Of a stretch of 64,000 bases of DNA, positions 50,945 through 61,976 are shown piece after piece. Origin of the DNA: Escherichia coli. Its GTDB lineage: Bacteria > Pseudomonadota > Gammaproteobacteria > Enterobacterales > Enterobacteriaceae. Position numbers and translations under genes: made by a program. The notes beneath the pieces were generated by a model. It worked only from the letters and a program-made list of their open reading frames with translations. It was not told where the DNA came from and did no database searches. Positions within the stretch are counted from its first letter, which is position 1, and the number at the start of each line of letters is the position of its first letter. The stretch lies in assembly GCF_002854065.1 (NCBI RefSeq), contig NZ_CP024147.1. One strand, written 5' to 3'.

Positions 50945-51985
50945 ATGGTCTGGTTAGCGAATCCCGAGCGTTACGGGCAGATGCAGTACCGTTATTGCGG
51001 AAAAAGCGGTTTACGCCTGCCCGCGTTATCGCTCGGTTTATGGCACAATTTCGGTCACGTTAACGCGCTGGAATCACAGCGTGCGATCCTGCGTAAAGCG
51101 TTTGATTTAGGCATTACGCACTTTGATTTAGCCAACAATTACGGGCCGCCTCCAGGAAGCGCAGAAGAGAACTTTGGTCGCCTGCTGCGGGAGGATTTTG
51201 CCGCTTATCGCGATGAACTGATTATCTCTACCAAGGCTGGCTACGATATGTGGCCCGGCCCTTACGGCTCTGGCGGTTCACGTAAATACCTGCTCGCCAG
51301 CCTCGACCAAAGCCTGAAGCGTATGGGGCTTGAGTATGTCGATATCTTTTACTCTCATCGCGTCGATGAAAATACGCCGATGGAAGAAACCGCCTCTGCG
51401 CTGGCTCATGCGGTACAAAGCGGTAAGGCGCTGTATGTCGGGATCTCCTCTTACTCGCCAGAGCGGACGCAAAAAATGGTCGAGTTGCTGCACGAGTGGA
51501 AAATTCCGCTGTTAATTCATCAACCTTCGTACAATTTACTAAACCGCTGGGTGGATAAAAGCGGCCTGCTGGATACCCTGCAAAATAACGGCGTGGGCTG
51601 CATTGCCTTTACTCCTCTGGCTCAGGGATTGCTGACCGGAAAATATCTCAACGGCATTCCTGAAGATTCACGGATGCATCGTGAAGGGAATAAAGTTCGT
51701 GGCCTGACGCCGAAAATGCTCACCGAAGCCAACCTCAACAGCCTGCGCTTATTGAATGAAATGGCACAGCAGCGTGGACAATCAATGGCGCAAATGGCGT
51801 TAAGCTGGTTGCTGAAAGATGATCGCGTGACGTCGGTATTGATTGGTGCCAGCCGCGCGGAGCAACTTGAGGAGAACGTGCAGGCGCTGAATAATCTGAC
51901 ATTTAGCACCGAGGAACTGGCGCAGATTGATCAGCATATCGCCGATGGCGAGCTGAATCTGTGGCAGGCGTCTTCCGATAAATGA
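50945..51985 (+). CDS. gpr: L-glyceraldehyde 3-phosphate reductase (aldo-keto reductase), 346 aa
   Basis: MVWLANPERYGQMQYRYCGKSGLRLPALSLGLWHNFG... Confidence 0.9.
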   Translation: MVWLANPERYGQMQYRYCGKSGLRLPALSLGLWHNFGHVNALESQRAILRKAFDLGITHFDLANNYGPPPGSAEENFGRLLREDFAAYRDELIISTKAGYDMWPGPYGSGGSRKYLLASLDQSLKRMGLEYVDIFYSHRVDENTPMEETASALAHAVQSGKALYVGISSYSPERTQKMVELLHEWKIPLLIHQPSYNLLNRWVDKSGLLDTLQNNGVGCIAFTPLAQGLLTGKYLNGIPEDSRMHREGNKVRGLTPKMLTEANLNSLRLLNEMAQQRGQSMAQMALSWLLKDDRVTSVLIGASRAEQLEENVQALNNLTFSTEELAQIDQHIADGELNLWQASSDK

Positions 51986-52024
51986 CCTGTTAATAACGGG
52001 CGCGAGAACCGCGCCCGAATCAGA

Positions 52025-52588
<564 letters not shown>

Positions 52589-52709
52589 TCAACATATCCG
52601 TTAAACCTTTGTCGCATAATTCTGAGGGTTAGGGATCTTCCTGGTTCCCTTATCAACGCATCGAGAGCGTCTACCCTTAAAGGACGTTGAACCTGAAGGG
52701 AGAAAAACG

Positions 52710-53594
52710 ATGTCTCATTTAAAAGACCCGACCACGCAGTATTACACTGGTGAATATCCCAAACAGAAACAACCGACGCCAGGCATCCAGGCGAAGATGA
52801 CACCGGTACCGGATTGCGGCGAGAAAACCTATGTTGGTAGCGGTCGCCTGAAAGATCGTAAAGCCCTGGTGACAGGGGGCGATTCCGGAATCGGTCGCGC
52901 TGCCGCCATCGCTTACGCGCGTGAAGGGGCTGACGTGGCGATCAGTTATCTTCCCGTGGAAGAAGAAGACGCTCAGGATGTGAAAAAGATCATTGAAGAA
53001 TGCGGACGCAAAGCCGTTCTGCTGCCAGGCGATTTAAGCGATGAGAAATTTGCCCGTTCGCTGGTTCACGAAGCGCATAAGGCCTTAGGTGGGCTGGATA
53101 TTATGGCGCTGGTCGCCGGGAAACAGGTTGCCATTCCTGATATTGCAGACCTCACCAGCGAACAGTTTCAAAAGACCTTTGCCATTAACGTTTTCGCGCT
53201 GTTCTGGCTAACCCAGGAAGCGATCCCCCTGCTACCGAAAGGTGCAAGTATTATCACCACTTCGTCAATCCAGGCATACCAGCCAAGCCCGCATTTACTG
53301 GACTATGCGGCTACGAAGGCGGCAATTCTGAACTACAGCCGTGGCCTGGCAAAACAGGTCGCAGAGAAAGGTATTCGGGTGAATATTGTCGCGCCAGGCC
53401 CGATCTGGACAGCACTGCAAATTTCCGGCGGACAAACGCAGGATAAGATCCCGCAGTTTGGTCAGAAAACGCCGATGAAGCGTGCGGGGCAACCGGCGGA
53501 ACTGGCCCCTGTATATGTTTATCTGGCAAGTCAGGAGTCGAGCTACGTCACCGCAGAAGTGCACGGCGTGTGCGGCGGCGAGCATTTAGGTTAA
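52710..53594 (+). CDS. yghA: Short-chain dehydrogenase/reductase YghA, 294 aa
   Basis: [12 protein letters not shown]ossmann motif; full-length ORF. Confidence 0.9.
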   Translation: MSHLKDPTTQYYTGEYPKQKQPTPGIQAKMTPVPDCGEKTYVGSGRLKDRKALVTGGDSGIGRAAAIAYAREGADVAISYLPVEEEDAQDVKKIIEECGRKAVLLPGDLSDEKFARSLVHEAHKALGGLDIMALVAGKQVAIPDIADLTSEQFQKTFAINVFALFWLTQEAIPLLPKGASIITTSSIQAYQPSPHLLDYAATKAAILNYSRGLAKQVAEKGIRVNIVAPGPIWTALQISGGQTQDKIPQFGQKTPMKRAGQPAELAPVYVYLASQESSYVTAEVHGVCGGEHLG

Positions 53595-53639
53595 AAAAAT
53601 ACCCGGTTGTGAAAAGCAACCGGGCATCATTGTGAATTC

Positions 53640-53860
53640 ACTCTTACCTGATGTGGCGAAAACGCCTTATCCACCTACAAACGCATGAAGATTCAACATG
53701 TTGCAATAGATTTTGTAGGACTGATAAGCGTAGCGCATCAGGCATTGAGCACCTAATGCCGGATGCGGCGTGAACGCCTTATCCGGCCTACAAACGCACG
53801 AAGATTCAACATGTTGCAATAGATTTTGTAGGCCTGATGAGCGTAGCGCATCAGGCAATT
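53640..53860. repeat. Tandem BIME/REP cluster (about 100-bp unit present twice)
   Basis: Unit acaaacgca(t/c)gaagattcaacatgttgcaatagattttgtagg(a/c)ctgat(a/g)agcgtagcgcatcaggca repeated at about 53680 and 53790, flanked by REP motif gccggatgcggcgtgaacgccttatccggcctac. Confidence 0.7.
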
Positions 53861-53865
53861 CTACT

Positions 53866-54291
53866 TTACTTCGCTTTGGCAGTTTCTTCGCCAACCAGAC
53901 CTATCTTCAGGTAACCCGCCTGATGCAGCGTATCCATTACCTTCATCAACGTCTCGTAATCGACGGTTTTGTCCGCTCGGAAGAAGATGGTGGTGTCTTT
54001 CTTACCTTCGGTTAACGCATTCAACGCCGTAATCATTGTTTCATCGGTGACCGGATCGTTACCGATAAACATCGAGTTGTCTGCCTTCACCGACAGATAA
54101 ACCGGTTTTTCCGGGCGCGGCTGCGGCGTGCTGGTAGAAGCAGGCAAGTTAACCTTCACATCTACCGTCGCTAACGGTGCCGCCACCATAAAGATAATCA
54201 GCAGAACCAACATCACGTCGATAAACGGCGTCACGTTGATATCATGCATTTCGCCGTTATCATCGAGGTTTTCGTTAAGATGCATTGCCAT
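53866..54291 (-). CDS. exbD: TonB-system energizer component ExbD, 141 aa
   Basis: MAMHLNENLDDNGEMHDINVTPFIDVMLVLLIIFMVAAP... Confidence 0.95.
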   Translation of the reverse strand: MAMHLNENLDDNGEMHDINVTPFIDVMLVLLIIFMVAAPLATVDVKVNLPASTSTPQPRPEKPVYLSVKADNSMFIGNDPVTDETMITALNALTEGKKDTTIFFRADKTVDYETLMKVMDTLHQAGYLKIGLVGEETAKAK

Positions 54292-54297
54292 CGGACA

Positions 54298-55032
54298 TTA
54301 TCCTGCGCGTAATTTTTGTGCGACACGAACCGGATGCGCAGCGGCGCTGGCTTCCAGATCCAGGTCACGGCTTTGCAGCAATAATACCTGCGCTGCAACA
54401 TCACCCAGCATCGCTTTAAAGCCGCCAATCTGACGCGCGAATACGTTATAGATAACGACCGCCGGAATCGCTGCCACCAGACCGATTGCCGTTGCTAACA
54501 GAGCTTCTGCGATACCCGGCGCAACGACTGCCAGGTTAGTAGTCTGCGTTTGCGCGATACCAATAAAGCTGTTCATGATGCCCCAGACCGTACCAAACAG
54601 CCCAACGAACGGCGAAATCGCGCCGATGGTTGCCAGATAGCCGTTACCGCGGCCCATTTGACGACCTACTGCGGCGACCCGACGCTCCAGACGGAAGCTG
54701 GTACGTTCTTTAATACCTTCGTTATCGTCGCTGCCTTCTGACAGTTCCAGCTCATTCTGCGCTTCATTGAGCAAATGCAGGCTTAAGCTTTTGCTACCAA
54801 AATCAGCGGCGATATCGTTGGCCTGGTTTAAGGAACGCGCTTCAGCCAGCAGTTGCTGCTCGCGCTTAAGGCGACGCTTCTGATTGAAGAACTCTACGCT
54901 CTTACTGAAGAAGATTGCCCAGGTGACTACGGAGGCCAAAATAAGCCCAATCATCACACACTTAACGACAATATCGGCGTGCTGATACATACCCCAGACG
55001 GAAAGGTCCGTCTGCATTAAATTATTACCCAC
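54298..55032 (-). CDS. exbB: TonB-system proton channel component ExbB, 244 aa
   Basis: Full-length ORF MGNNLMQTDLSVWGMYQHADIVVKCVMIGLILASVVTWAIFF... Confidence 0.95.
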   Translation of the reverse strand: MGNNLMQTDLSVWGMYQHADIVVKCVMIGLILASVVTWAIFFSKSVEFFNQKRRLKREQQLLAEARSLNQANDIAADFGSKSLSLHLLNEAQNELELSEGSDDNEGIKERTSFRLERRVAAVGRQMGRGNGYLATIGAISPFVGLFGTVWGIMNSFIGIAQTQTTNLAVVAPGIAEALLATAIGLVAAIPAVVIYNVFARQIGGFKAMLGDVAAQVLLLQSRDLDLEASAAAHPVRVAQKLRAG

Positions 55033-55095
55033 TGTGTATCTCCAGGACGCAAGTCACAAAATCTGCGCATAATAATATCAAAACGACGTCGAATT

Positions 55096-55114
55096 GATAG
55101 TCGTTCTCATTACT
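55096..55114. promoter_or_regulatory. Candidate Fur box upstream of exbB
   Basis: gatagtcgttctcattact matches the 19-bp Fur consensus gataatgataatcattatc at 12 of 19 positions; located in the exbB promoter region. Confidence 0.35.
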
Positions 55115-55249
55115 ATTTGCATACTGCCGTACCTTTGCTTTCTTTTCCTTGCGTTTACGCAGTAAAAAAGTCACCAGCACGCCATTTGCGAAAATTTTCT
55201 GCTTTATGCCAATTCTTCAGGATGCGCCCGCGAATATTCATGCTAGTTT

Positions 55250-55265
55250 AGACATCCAGACGTAT
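55250..55265 (+). promoter_or_regulatory. Two tandem MetJ boxes upstream of metC
   Basis: agacatcc agacgtat, each 6 of 8 matches to the met-box consensus agacgtct, about 20 nt upstream of the metC ATG. Confidence 0.5.
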
Positions 55266-55283
55266 AAAAACAGGAATCCCGAC

Positions 55284-56471
55284 ATGGCGGACAAAAAGCT
55301 TGATACTCAACTGGTGAATGCAGGACGCAGCAAAAAATACACTCTCGGCGCGGTAAATAGCGTGATTCAGCGCGCTTCTTCGCTGGTATTTGAGAGTATG
55401 GAAGCCAAAAAGCACGCGACGCGCAATCGCGCCAATGGCGAGTTGTTCTATGGACGGCGCGGAACGTTAACCCATTTTTCCTTACAACAAGCGATGTGTG
55501 AACTGGAAGGTGGCGCAGGCTGCGCGCTATTTCCCTGCGGGGCGGCAGCGGTTGCTAATTCGATTCTTGCTTTTGTCGAACAGGGCGATCATGTGTTGAT
55601 GACCAACACCGCCTATGAACCGAGTCAGGATTTCTGTAGCAAAATCCTCAGCAAACTGGGCGTAACGACATCGTGGTTTGATCCGCTGATTGGTGCCGAT
55701 ATCGTTAAGCATCTGCAGCCAAACACTAAAATCGTGTTTCTGGAATCGCTAGGCTCCATCACCATGGAAGTCCACGACGTTCCGGCGATTGTTGCCGCCG
55801 TACGCAGTGTGGTGCCGGATGCCATCATTATGATCGACAACACCTGGGCAGCCGGTGTGCTGTTTAAGGCGCTGGATTTTGGCATCGATGTTTCTATTCA
55901 GGCCGCCACCAAATATCTGGTTGGGCATTCAGATGCGATGATTGGCACTGCCGTGTGCAATGCCCGTTGCTGGGAGCAGCTACGGGAAAATGCCTATCTG
56001 ATGGGCCAAATGGTCGATGCTGATACCGCCTATATAACCAGCCGTGGCCTGCGCACATTAGGTGTGCGTTTGCGTCAACATCATGAAAGCAGTCTGAAAG
56101 TGGCCGAATGGCTGGCAGAACATCCGCAAGTTGCGCGAGTTAACCACCCTGCCCTGCCAGGCAGTAAAGGACACGAATTCTGGAAACGAGACTTTACAGG
56201 CAGCAGCGGGCTATTTTCCTTTGTGCTTAAGAAAAAACTCAATGATGAAGAGCTGGCGAACTATCTGGATAACTTCAGTTTATTCAGCATGGCCTACTCG
56301 TGGGGCGGGTATGAATCGTTGATCCTGGCAAATCAACCAGAACATATCGCCGCCATTCGCCCACAAGGCGAGATCGATTTTAGCGGGACCTTGATTCGCC
56401 TGCATATTGGTCTGGAAGATGTCGACGATCTGATTGCCGATCTGGACGCCGGTTTTGCGCGGATTGTATAA
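55284..56471 (+). CDS. metC: Cystathionine beta-lyase, 395 aa
   Basis: ORF in track; start set at [33 protein letters not shown] (ATG 55284). Confidence 0.95.
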   Translation: MADKKLDTQLVNAGRSKKYTLGAVNSVIQRASSLVFESMEAKKHATRNRANGELFYGRRGTLTHFSLQQAMCELEGGAGCALFPCGAAAVANSILAFVEQGDHVLMTNTAYEPSQDFCSKILSKLGVTTSWFDPLIGADIVKHLQPNTKIVFLESLGSITMEVHDVPAIVAAVRSVVPDAIIMIDNTWAAGVLFKALDFGIDVSIQAATKYLVGHSDAMIGTAVCNARCWEQLRENAYLMGQMVDADTAYITSRGLRTLGVRLRQHHESSLKVAEWLAEHPQVARVNHPALPGSKGHEFWKRDFTGSSGLFSFVLKKKLNDEELANYLDNFSLFSMAYSWGGYESLILANQPEHIAAIRPQGEIDFSGTLIRLHIGLEDVDDLIADLDAGFARIV

Positions 56472-56610
56472 CATTGCCACTTTTGGACAATTTTGCAGAC
56501 ATTTTATTGTGAAAAGTCTTAAATTGTTGCGTCCGGGATCAAGGCGTCCCGGACGATTCAGGAGTACAATAGGCAGATAAAGGCTTAAACGCTGTTCCAC
56601 AGGAAAGTCC

Positions 56611-57270
56611 ATGGCTGTTATTCAAGATATCATCGCTGCGCTCTGGCAACACGACTTTGCCGCGCTGGCGGATCCTCATATTGTTAGCGTTGTTTACTTT
56701 GTCATGTTTGCCACGCTGTTTTTAGAAAACGGCCTGCTGCCCGCCTCATTTTTGCCAGGCGACAGCTTGTTGATATTGGCTGGCGCATTGATTGCCCAGG
56801 GGGTTATGGATTTTCTGCCTACGATTGCGATTCTGACCGCCGCAGCAAGTCTGGGCTGCTGGCTAAGTTATATTCAGGGGCGCTGGTTAGGGAATACCAA
56901 AACGGTGAAAGGCTGGCTGGCACAGCTTCCTGCTAAATATCATCAGCGCGCCACCTGCATGTTTGACCGCCACGGTCTGCTGGCGCTGCTGGCTGGACGT
57001 TTTCTTGCATTTGTCCGTACGCTGCTGCCAACCATGGCGGGAATTTCCGGTCTGCCAAACCGCCGTTTCCAGTTTTTCAACTGGTTAAGCGGATTGCTGT
57101 GGGTCAGCGTGGTAACCAGTTTCGGCTATGCCTTAAGTATGATTCCGTTCGTTAAACGCCATGAAGATCAGGTAATGACGTTCCTGATGATCCTGCCAAT
57201 TGCCTTGTTAACCGCTGGCTTGTTAGGCACGCTGTTTGTGGTGATTAAAAAAAAATACTGTAACGCCTGA
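56611..57270 (+). CDS. yghB: DedA-family inner membrane protein, 219 aa
   Basis: Full-length [47 protein letters not shown]... Confidence 0.9.
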
Positions 57271-57279
57271 CGATTTTCC

Positions 57280-57305
57280 CTGTTCCCGGTTGCTGTACCG
57301 GGAAC
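57280..57305. terminator. Putative bidirectional terminator between yghB and yqhC
   Basis: Hairpin gttcccggt-tgctgt-accgggaac between convergent genes. Confidence 0.4.
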
Positions 57306-57309
57306 GTAT

Positions 57310-58266
57310 TTAATTCCCCTGCATCGCCCGCATTCTTGCCGCATCTTCCCCCGGCGTCACACCGAAGTAACGTTTAAACTCACGGCTAAATTGCGATGCG
57401 CTTTCATAGCCGACGCGCATCGCTGCTGCGCTGGCCTTCATGCCGTCATGGATGATCATCATCCGCGCCTTATGCAGACGGTAATTCTTCAAATACTGCA
57501 ACGGCGAGGTGCTGGTGACAGACTTAAAATTATGGTGGAACGCCGATACGCTCATATTGGCTTCTGCCGCCAGTTGCTCGACGCTCAGGTTTTCGGTGTA
57601 TTTATTCTCAATCCGTTTCAGTACGCGGCTAATCAGACTGAAGTGAGTCTGGCGACTGACCAGCGCCAGTAACGCGCCGCCGCAAGGTCCGGTCAGCACG
57701 TAGTACAGAATTTCGCGGATGATCTGTTTGCCGAGAATACGCGCATCCAGTGGTCGCTCCATCACGTCGAGTAACCGCTCCGCCGCGCATAAAATCTCTT
57801 CTGATAACGTGGCGGAGTTAATCCCGCTGGCTGCCATCGACGGCTGGAAATGCTCATCTTCGCCAATGTCCATCAACAGTTCCTGTAACTGCAAAATATC
57901 GACATTGAGACGCAACCCTGCCAGCGGCACCTCTGACGTGGCATAGGTTTCGCACTCAAACGGCAACGGCACCGTCAGCAGCAGGTATTCATTGGCATCA
58001 TAACGAAACACGCGTTCATTGATATAACCGATTTTATGTCCGGAAAAGAGAATTATGATGCCAGGCTCGTACATCACCGGTGTACGTGCGAAAGGCGTCT
58101 CGCCATACAACAAACGCACATCGGGCAACAGTTCTGACAAACTATTTTCTTTATTTTTCAGTTTATTAACTTTATCCGCCAGCAAGCGGCAAATCTCTTC
58201 ACGTTTCATATCGCGTAATTTCTTAGGAATAATGCGGCAATTTGATTGTGCGCAATTTTGTAGCAT
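57310..58266 (-). CDS. yqhC: AraC-family transcriptional activator of yqhD-dkgA, 318 aa
   Basis: Start set at [17 protein letters not shown]-terminal AraC HTH. Confidence 0.85.
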   Translation of the reverse strand: MLQNCAQSNCRIIPKKLRDMKREEICRLLADKVNKLKNKENSLSELLPDVRLLYGETPFARTPVMYEPGIIILFSGHKIGYINERVFRYDANEYLLLTVPLPFECETYATSEVPLAGLRLNVDILQLQELLMDIGEDEHFQPSMAASGINSATLSEEILCAAERLLDVMERPLDARILGKQIIREILYYVLTGPCGGALLALVSRQTHFSLISRVLKRIENKYTENLSVEQLAAEANMSVSAFHHNFKSVTSTSPLQYLKNYRLHKARMMIIHDGMKASAAAMRVGYESASQFSREFKRYFGVTPGEDAARMRAMQGN

Positions 58267-58402
58267 TTCTCCAGCACTCTGGAGAAATAGGCAAGACATT
58301 GGCAGAAATGAGCATTGAGAGCCAGGGCGCTGGCGATCACAATGAAAAACATCAGGCAGATCGTTCTCTGCCCTCATATTGGCCCAGCAAAGGGAGCAAG
58401 TA

Positions 58403-59566
58403 ATGAACAACTTTAATCTGCACACCCCAACCCGCATTCTGTTTGGTAAAGGCGCAATCGCTGGTTTACGCGAACAAATTCCTCACGATGCTCGCGTATT
58501 GATTACCTACGGTGGCGGCAGCGTGAAAAAAACCGGCGTTCTCGATCAAGTTCTGGATGCCCTGAAAGGCATGGACGTGCTGGAATTTGGCGGTATTGAG
58601 CCAAACCCGGCTTATGAAACGCTGATGAACGCCGTGAAACTGGTTCGCGAACAGAAAGTGACTTTCCTGCTGGCGGTTGGCGGCGGTTCTGTACTGGACG
58701 GCACCAAATTTATCGCCGCAGCGGCTAACTATCCGGAAAATATCGATCCGTGGCACATTCTGCAAACGGGTGGTAAAGAGATTAAAAGCGCCATCCCGAT
58801 GGGCTGTGTGCTGACGCTGCCAGCAACCGGTTCAGAATCCAACGCCGGTGCGGTGATCTCCCGTAAAACCACAGGCGATAAGCAGGCGTTCCATTCTGCT
58901 CATGTTCAGCCCGTATTTGCCGTGCTCGATCCGGTTTATACCTACACCCTGCCGCCGCGTCAGGTGGCTAACGGCGTAGTGGACGCCTTTGTACACACCG
59001 TGGAACAGTATGTTACCAAACCGGTTGATGCCAAAATTCAGGACCGTTTCGCAGAAGGCATTTTGCTGACGCTGATCGAAGATGGTCCGAAAGCCCTGAA
59101 AGAGCCAGAAAACTACGATGTGCGCGCCAACGTCATGTGGGCGGCGACTCAGGCGCTGAACGGTTTGATTGGCGCTGGCGTACCGCAGGACTGGGCAACG
59201 CATATGCTGGGCCACGAACTGACTGCGATGCACGGTCTGGATCACGCGCAAACACTGGCTATCGTCCTGCCTGCACTGTGGAATGAAAAACGCGATACCA
59301 AGCGCGCTAAGCTGCTGCAATATGCTGAACGCGTCTGGAACATCACTGAAGGTTCCGACGATGAGCGTATTGACGCCGCGATTGCCGCAACCCGCAATTT
59401 CTTTGAGCAATTAGGCGTGCCTACCCACCTCTCCGACTACGGTCTGGACGGCAGCTCCATCCCGGCTTTGCTGAAAAAACTGGAAGAGCACGGCATGACC
59501 CAACTGGGCGAAAATCATGACATTACGCTGGATGTCAGCCGCCGTATATACGAAGCCGCCCGCTAA
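58403..59566 (+). CDS. yqhD: NADPH-dependent aldehyde reductase (iron-type alcohol dehydrogenase family), 387 aa
   Basis: Start set at [27 protein letters not shown]. Confidence 0.95.
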   Translation: MNNFNLHTPTRILFGKGAIAGLREQIPHDARVLITYGGGSVKKTGVLDQVLDALKGMDVLEFGGIEPNPAYETLMNAVKLVREQKVTFLLAVGGGSVLDGTKFIAAAANYPENIDPWHILQTGGKEIKSAIPMGCVLTLPATGSESNAGAVISRKTTGDKQAFHSAHVQPVFAVLDPVYTYTLPPRQVANGVVDAFVHTVEQYVTKPVDAKIQDRFAEGILLTLIEDGPKALKEPENYDVRANVMWAATQALNGLIGAGVPQDWATHMLGHELTAMHGLDHAQTLAIVLPALWNEKRDTKRAKLLQYAERVWNITEGSDDERIDAAIAATRNFFEQLGVPTHLSDYGLDGSSIPALLKKLEEHGMTQLGENHDITLDVSRRIYEAAR

Positions 59567-59670
59567 GCTTTTTACGCCTCAAACTTTCGTTTTCGGGCAT
59601 TTCGTCCAGACTTAAGTTCACAACACCTCACCGGAGCCTGCTCCGGTGAGTTCATATAAAGGAGGAACGT

Positions 59671-60498
59671 ATGGCTAATCCAACCGTTATTAAGCTACAG
59701 GATGGCAATGTCATGCCCCAGTTGGGACTGGGCGTCTGGCAAGCAAGTAATGAGGAAGTAATCACCGCCATTCAAAAAGCGTTAGAAGTGGGTTATCGCT
59801 CGATTGATACCGCCGCGGCCTATAAGAACGAAGAAGGTGTCGGCAAAGCCCTGAAAAATGCCTCAGTCAACAGAGAAGAACTGTTCATCACCACTAAGCT
59901 GTGGAACGACGACCACAAGCGCCCCCGCGAAGCCCTGCTCGACAGCCTGAAAAAACTCCAGCTTGATTATATCGACCTCTACTTAATGCACTGGCCCGTT
60001 CCCGCTATCGACCATTATGTCGAAGCATGGAAAGGCATGATCGAATTGCAAAAAGAGGGATTAATCAAAAGCATCGGCGTGTGCAACTTCCAGATCCATC
60101 ACCTGCAACGCCTGATTGATGAAACTGGCGTGACGCCTGTGATAAACCAGATCGAACTTCATCCGCTGATGCAACAACGCCAGCTACACGCCTGGAACGC
60201 GACACACAAAATCCAGACCGAATCCTGGAGCCCATTAGCGCAAGGAGGGAAAGGCGTTTTCGATCAGAAAGTCATTCGCGATCTGGCAGATAAATACGGC
60301 AAAACCCCGGCGCAGATTGTTATCCGCTGGCATCTGGATAGCGGCCTGGTGGTGATCCCGAAATCGGTCACACCTTCACGTATTGCCGAAAACTTTGATG
60401 TCTGGGATTTCCGTCTCGACAAAGACGAACTCGGCGAAATTGCAAAACTCGATCAGGGCAAGCGTCTCGGTCCCGATCCTGACCAGTTCGGCGGCTAA
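59671..60498 (+). CDS. dkgA: 2,5-diketo-D-gluconate / methylglyoxal reductase A (aldo-keto reductase), 275 aa
   Basis: MANPTVIKLQDGNVMPQLGLGVWQASNEEVITAIQKALEVGYRSIDTAAAY... Confidence 0.95.
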   Translation: MANPTVIKLQDGNVMPQLGLGVWQASNEEVITAIQKALEVGYRSIDTAAAYKNEEGVGKALKNASVNREELFITTKLWNDDHKRPREALLDSLKKLQLDYIDLYLMHWPVPAIDHYVEAWKGMIELQKEGLIKSIGVCNFQIHHLQRLIDETGVTPVINQIELHPLMQQRQLHAWNATHKIQTESWSPLAQGGKGVFDQKVIRDLADKYGKTPAQIVIRWHLDSGLVVIPKSVTPSRIAENFDVWDFRLDKDELGEIAKLDQGKRLGPDPDQFGG

Positions 60499-60697
60499 CG
60501 TGCAAATTCTCCCGGTGGCGGTAATGTTCCGCTACCGGACTTTTCAGAAATCATTTATTCCCCTCGCGTCCCGCCCGTTGTTACTCTTCCTTGTTCAGGA
60601 ATGCCAAATATAAGGACATCATCATGCAGAGCCGGAAGCTCTTAAAAGAACAACTCATCTATATCCGGGATAAACGCAACGGAGAGGTGAAAAACAG

Positions 60698-61624
60698 ATG
60701 AAAATAATACTTCTGTTTTTAGCAGCCCTGGCAAGTTTTACCGTGCACGCACAGCCCCCCTCACAGACCGTAGAACAAACAGTCCGGCATATTTATCAGA
60801 ACTATAAATCAGATGCCACTGCCCCTTATTTTGGTGAAACCGGAGAGCGGGCGATAACTTCTGCGCGTATTCAACAGGCGCTTACCCTGAACGACAATCT
60901 TACGCTGCCGGGCAATATTGGCTGGCTGGATTATGATCCGGTTTGTGATTGTCAGGATTTTGGCGATCTGGTGCTAGAAAACGTAGCGATAACCGAAACT
61001 GACGCCGATCATGCCGATGCCGTTGTGCGCTTTCGTATCTTTAAAGATGATAAAGAAAAGACCACGCAGACACTGAAAATGGTGGCGGAAAATGGTCGTT
61101 GGGTCATTGACGATATTGTCAGCAATCATGGCAGCGTCTTACAAGCAGTTAATAGCGAGAATGAAAAAACGCTGGCCGCTTTAGCTTCGTTGCAAAAAGA
61201 ACAGCCGGAAGCCTTTGTTGCCGAACTCTTTGAACATATTGCCGATTATAGCTGGCCGTGGACGTGGGTGGTTTCCGACTCTTACCGCCAGGCGGTCAAT
61301 GCCTTCTATAAAACCACCTTCAAAGCGGCCAACAATCCCGATGAAGATATGCAAATAGAACGGCAATTTATTTACGACAATCCGATCTGTTTTGGCGAAG
61401 AGTCGCTATTTTCACGCGTTGATGAAATTCGAGTCCTGGAGAAAACCGCCGATTCCGCCCGCATTCATATTCGTTTTACGCTGACCAATGGCAACAACGA
61501 AGAGCAAGAACTGGTTTTACAACGGCGCGCAGGTAAGTGGGAAATCGCTGATTTTATCCGCCCGAACAGCGGCAGCCTACTTAAGCAGATTGAGGCAAAA
61601 ACCGCCGCCAGATTAAAGCAATGA
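60698..61624 (+). CDS. yqhG: Secreted protein YqhG (DUF3828), 308 aa
   Basis: Signal peptide MKIILLFLAALASFTVHA; full-length ORF. Confidence 0.8.
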   Translation: MKIILLFLAALASFTVHAQPPSQTVEQTVRHIYQNYKSDATAPYFGETGERAITSARIQQALTLNDNLTLPGNIGWLDYDPVCDCQDFGDLVLENVAITETDADHADAVVRFRIFKDDKEKTTQTLKMVAENGRWVIDDIVSNHGSVLQAVNSENEKTLAALASLQKEQPEAFVAELFEHIADYSWPWTWVVSDSYRQAVNAFYKTTFKAANNPDEDMQIERQFIYDNPICFGEESLFSRVDEIRVLEKTADSARIHIRFTLTNGNNEEQELVLQRRAGKWEIADFIRPNSGSLLKQIEAKTAARLKQ

Positions 61625-61674
61625 GCTGAATTAAATAACAATTAGCCGGAACAATAAATAAAAGGGAACACTAT

Positions 61675-61932
61675 ATGAAAACGATTTTCACCGTGGGAGC
61701 TGTTGTTCTGGCAACCTGCTTGCTCAGTGGCTGCGTCAATGAGCAAAAGGTCAATCAACTGGCGAGCAATGTACAAACATTAAATGCCAAAATCGCCCGG
61801 CTTGAGCAGGATATGAAAGCACTACGCCCACAAATCTATGCTGCCAAATCCGAAGCTAACAGAGCCAATACGCGTCTTGATGCACAGGACTATTTTGAAT
61901 GCCTACGCTGCATGCGTATGTACGCAGAATGA
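61675..61932 (+). CDS. yqhH: Lpp-like small lipoprotein YqhH, 85 aa
   Basis: Lipobox LLSGC plus coiled-coil region [17 protein letters not shown] similar to Braun lipoprotein. Confidence 0.8.
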   Translation: MKTIFTVGAVVLATCLLSGCVNEQKVNQLASNVQTLNAKIARLEQDMKALRPQIYAAKSEANRANTRLDAQDYFECLRCMRMYAE

Positions 61933-61933
61933 T

Positions 61934-61976
61934 AAAAAAATCCCCGGCAGCATGTCAGTTGCCGGGGATTTTTTTA
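61934..61976. terminator. Bidirectional rho-independent terminator between yqhH and ygiQ
   Basis: aaaaaaa-tccccggcagc-atgtca-gttgccgggga-ttttttt, with A/T tracts on both sides. Confidence 0.7.

Noticed and set aside
53640-53860. Possible CRISPR array suggested by the repeated units
   Set aside because: Only two long (about 100 bp) near-identical units with REP palindromes and no short regular repeat-spacer periodicity and no cas genes in the window: BIME, not CRISPR
59622-59645. Hairpin ctcaccggagc-ctgctccggtgag between yqhD and dkgA as a terminator
   Set aside because: No following T-tract and it lies inside a likely co-transcribed yqhD-dkgA unit; more likely an mRNA stability element or nothing
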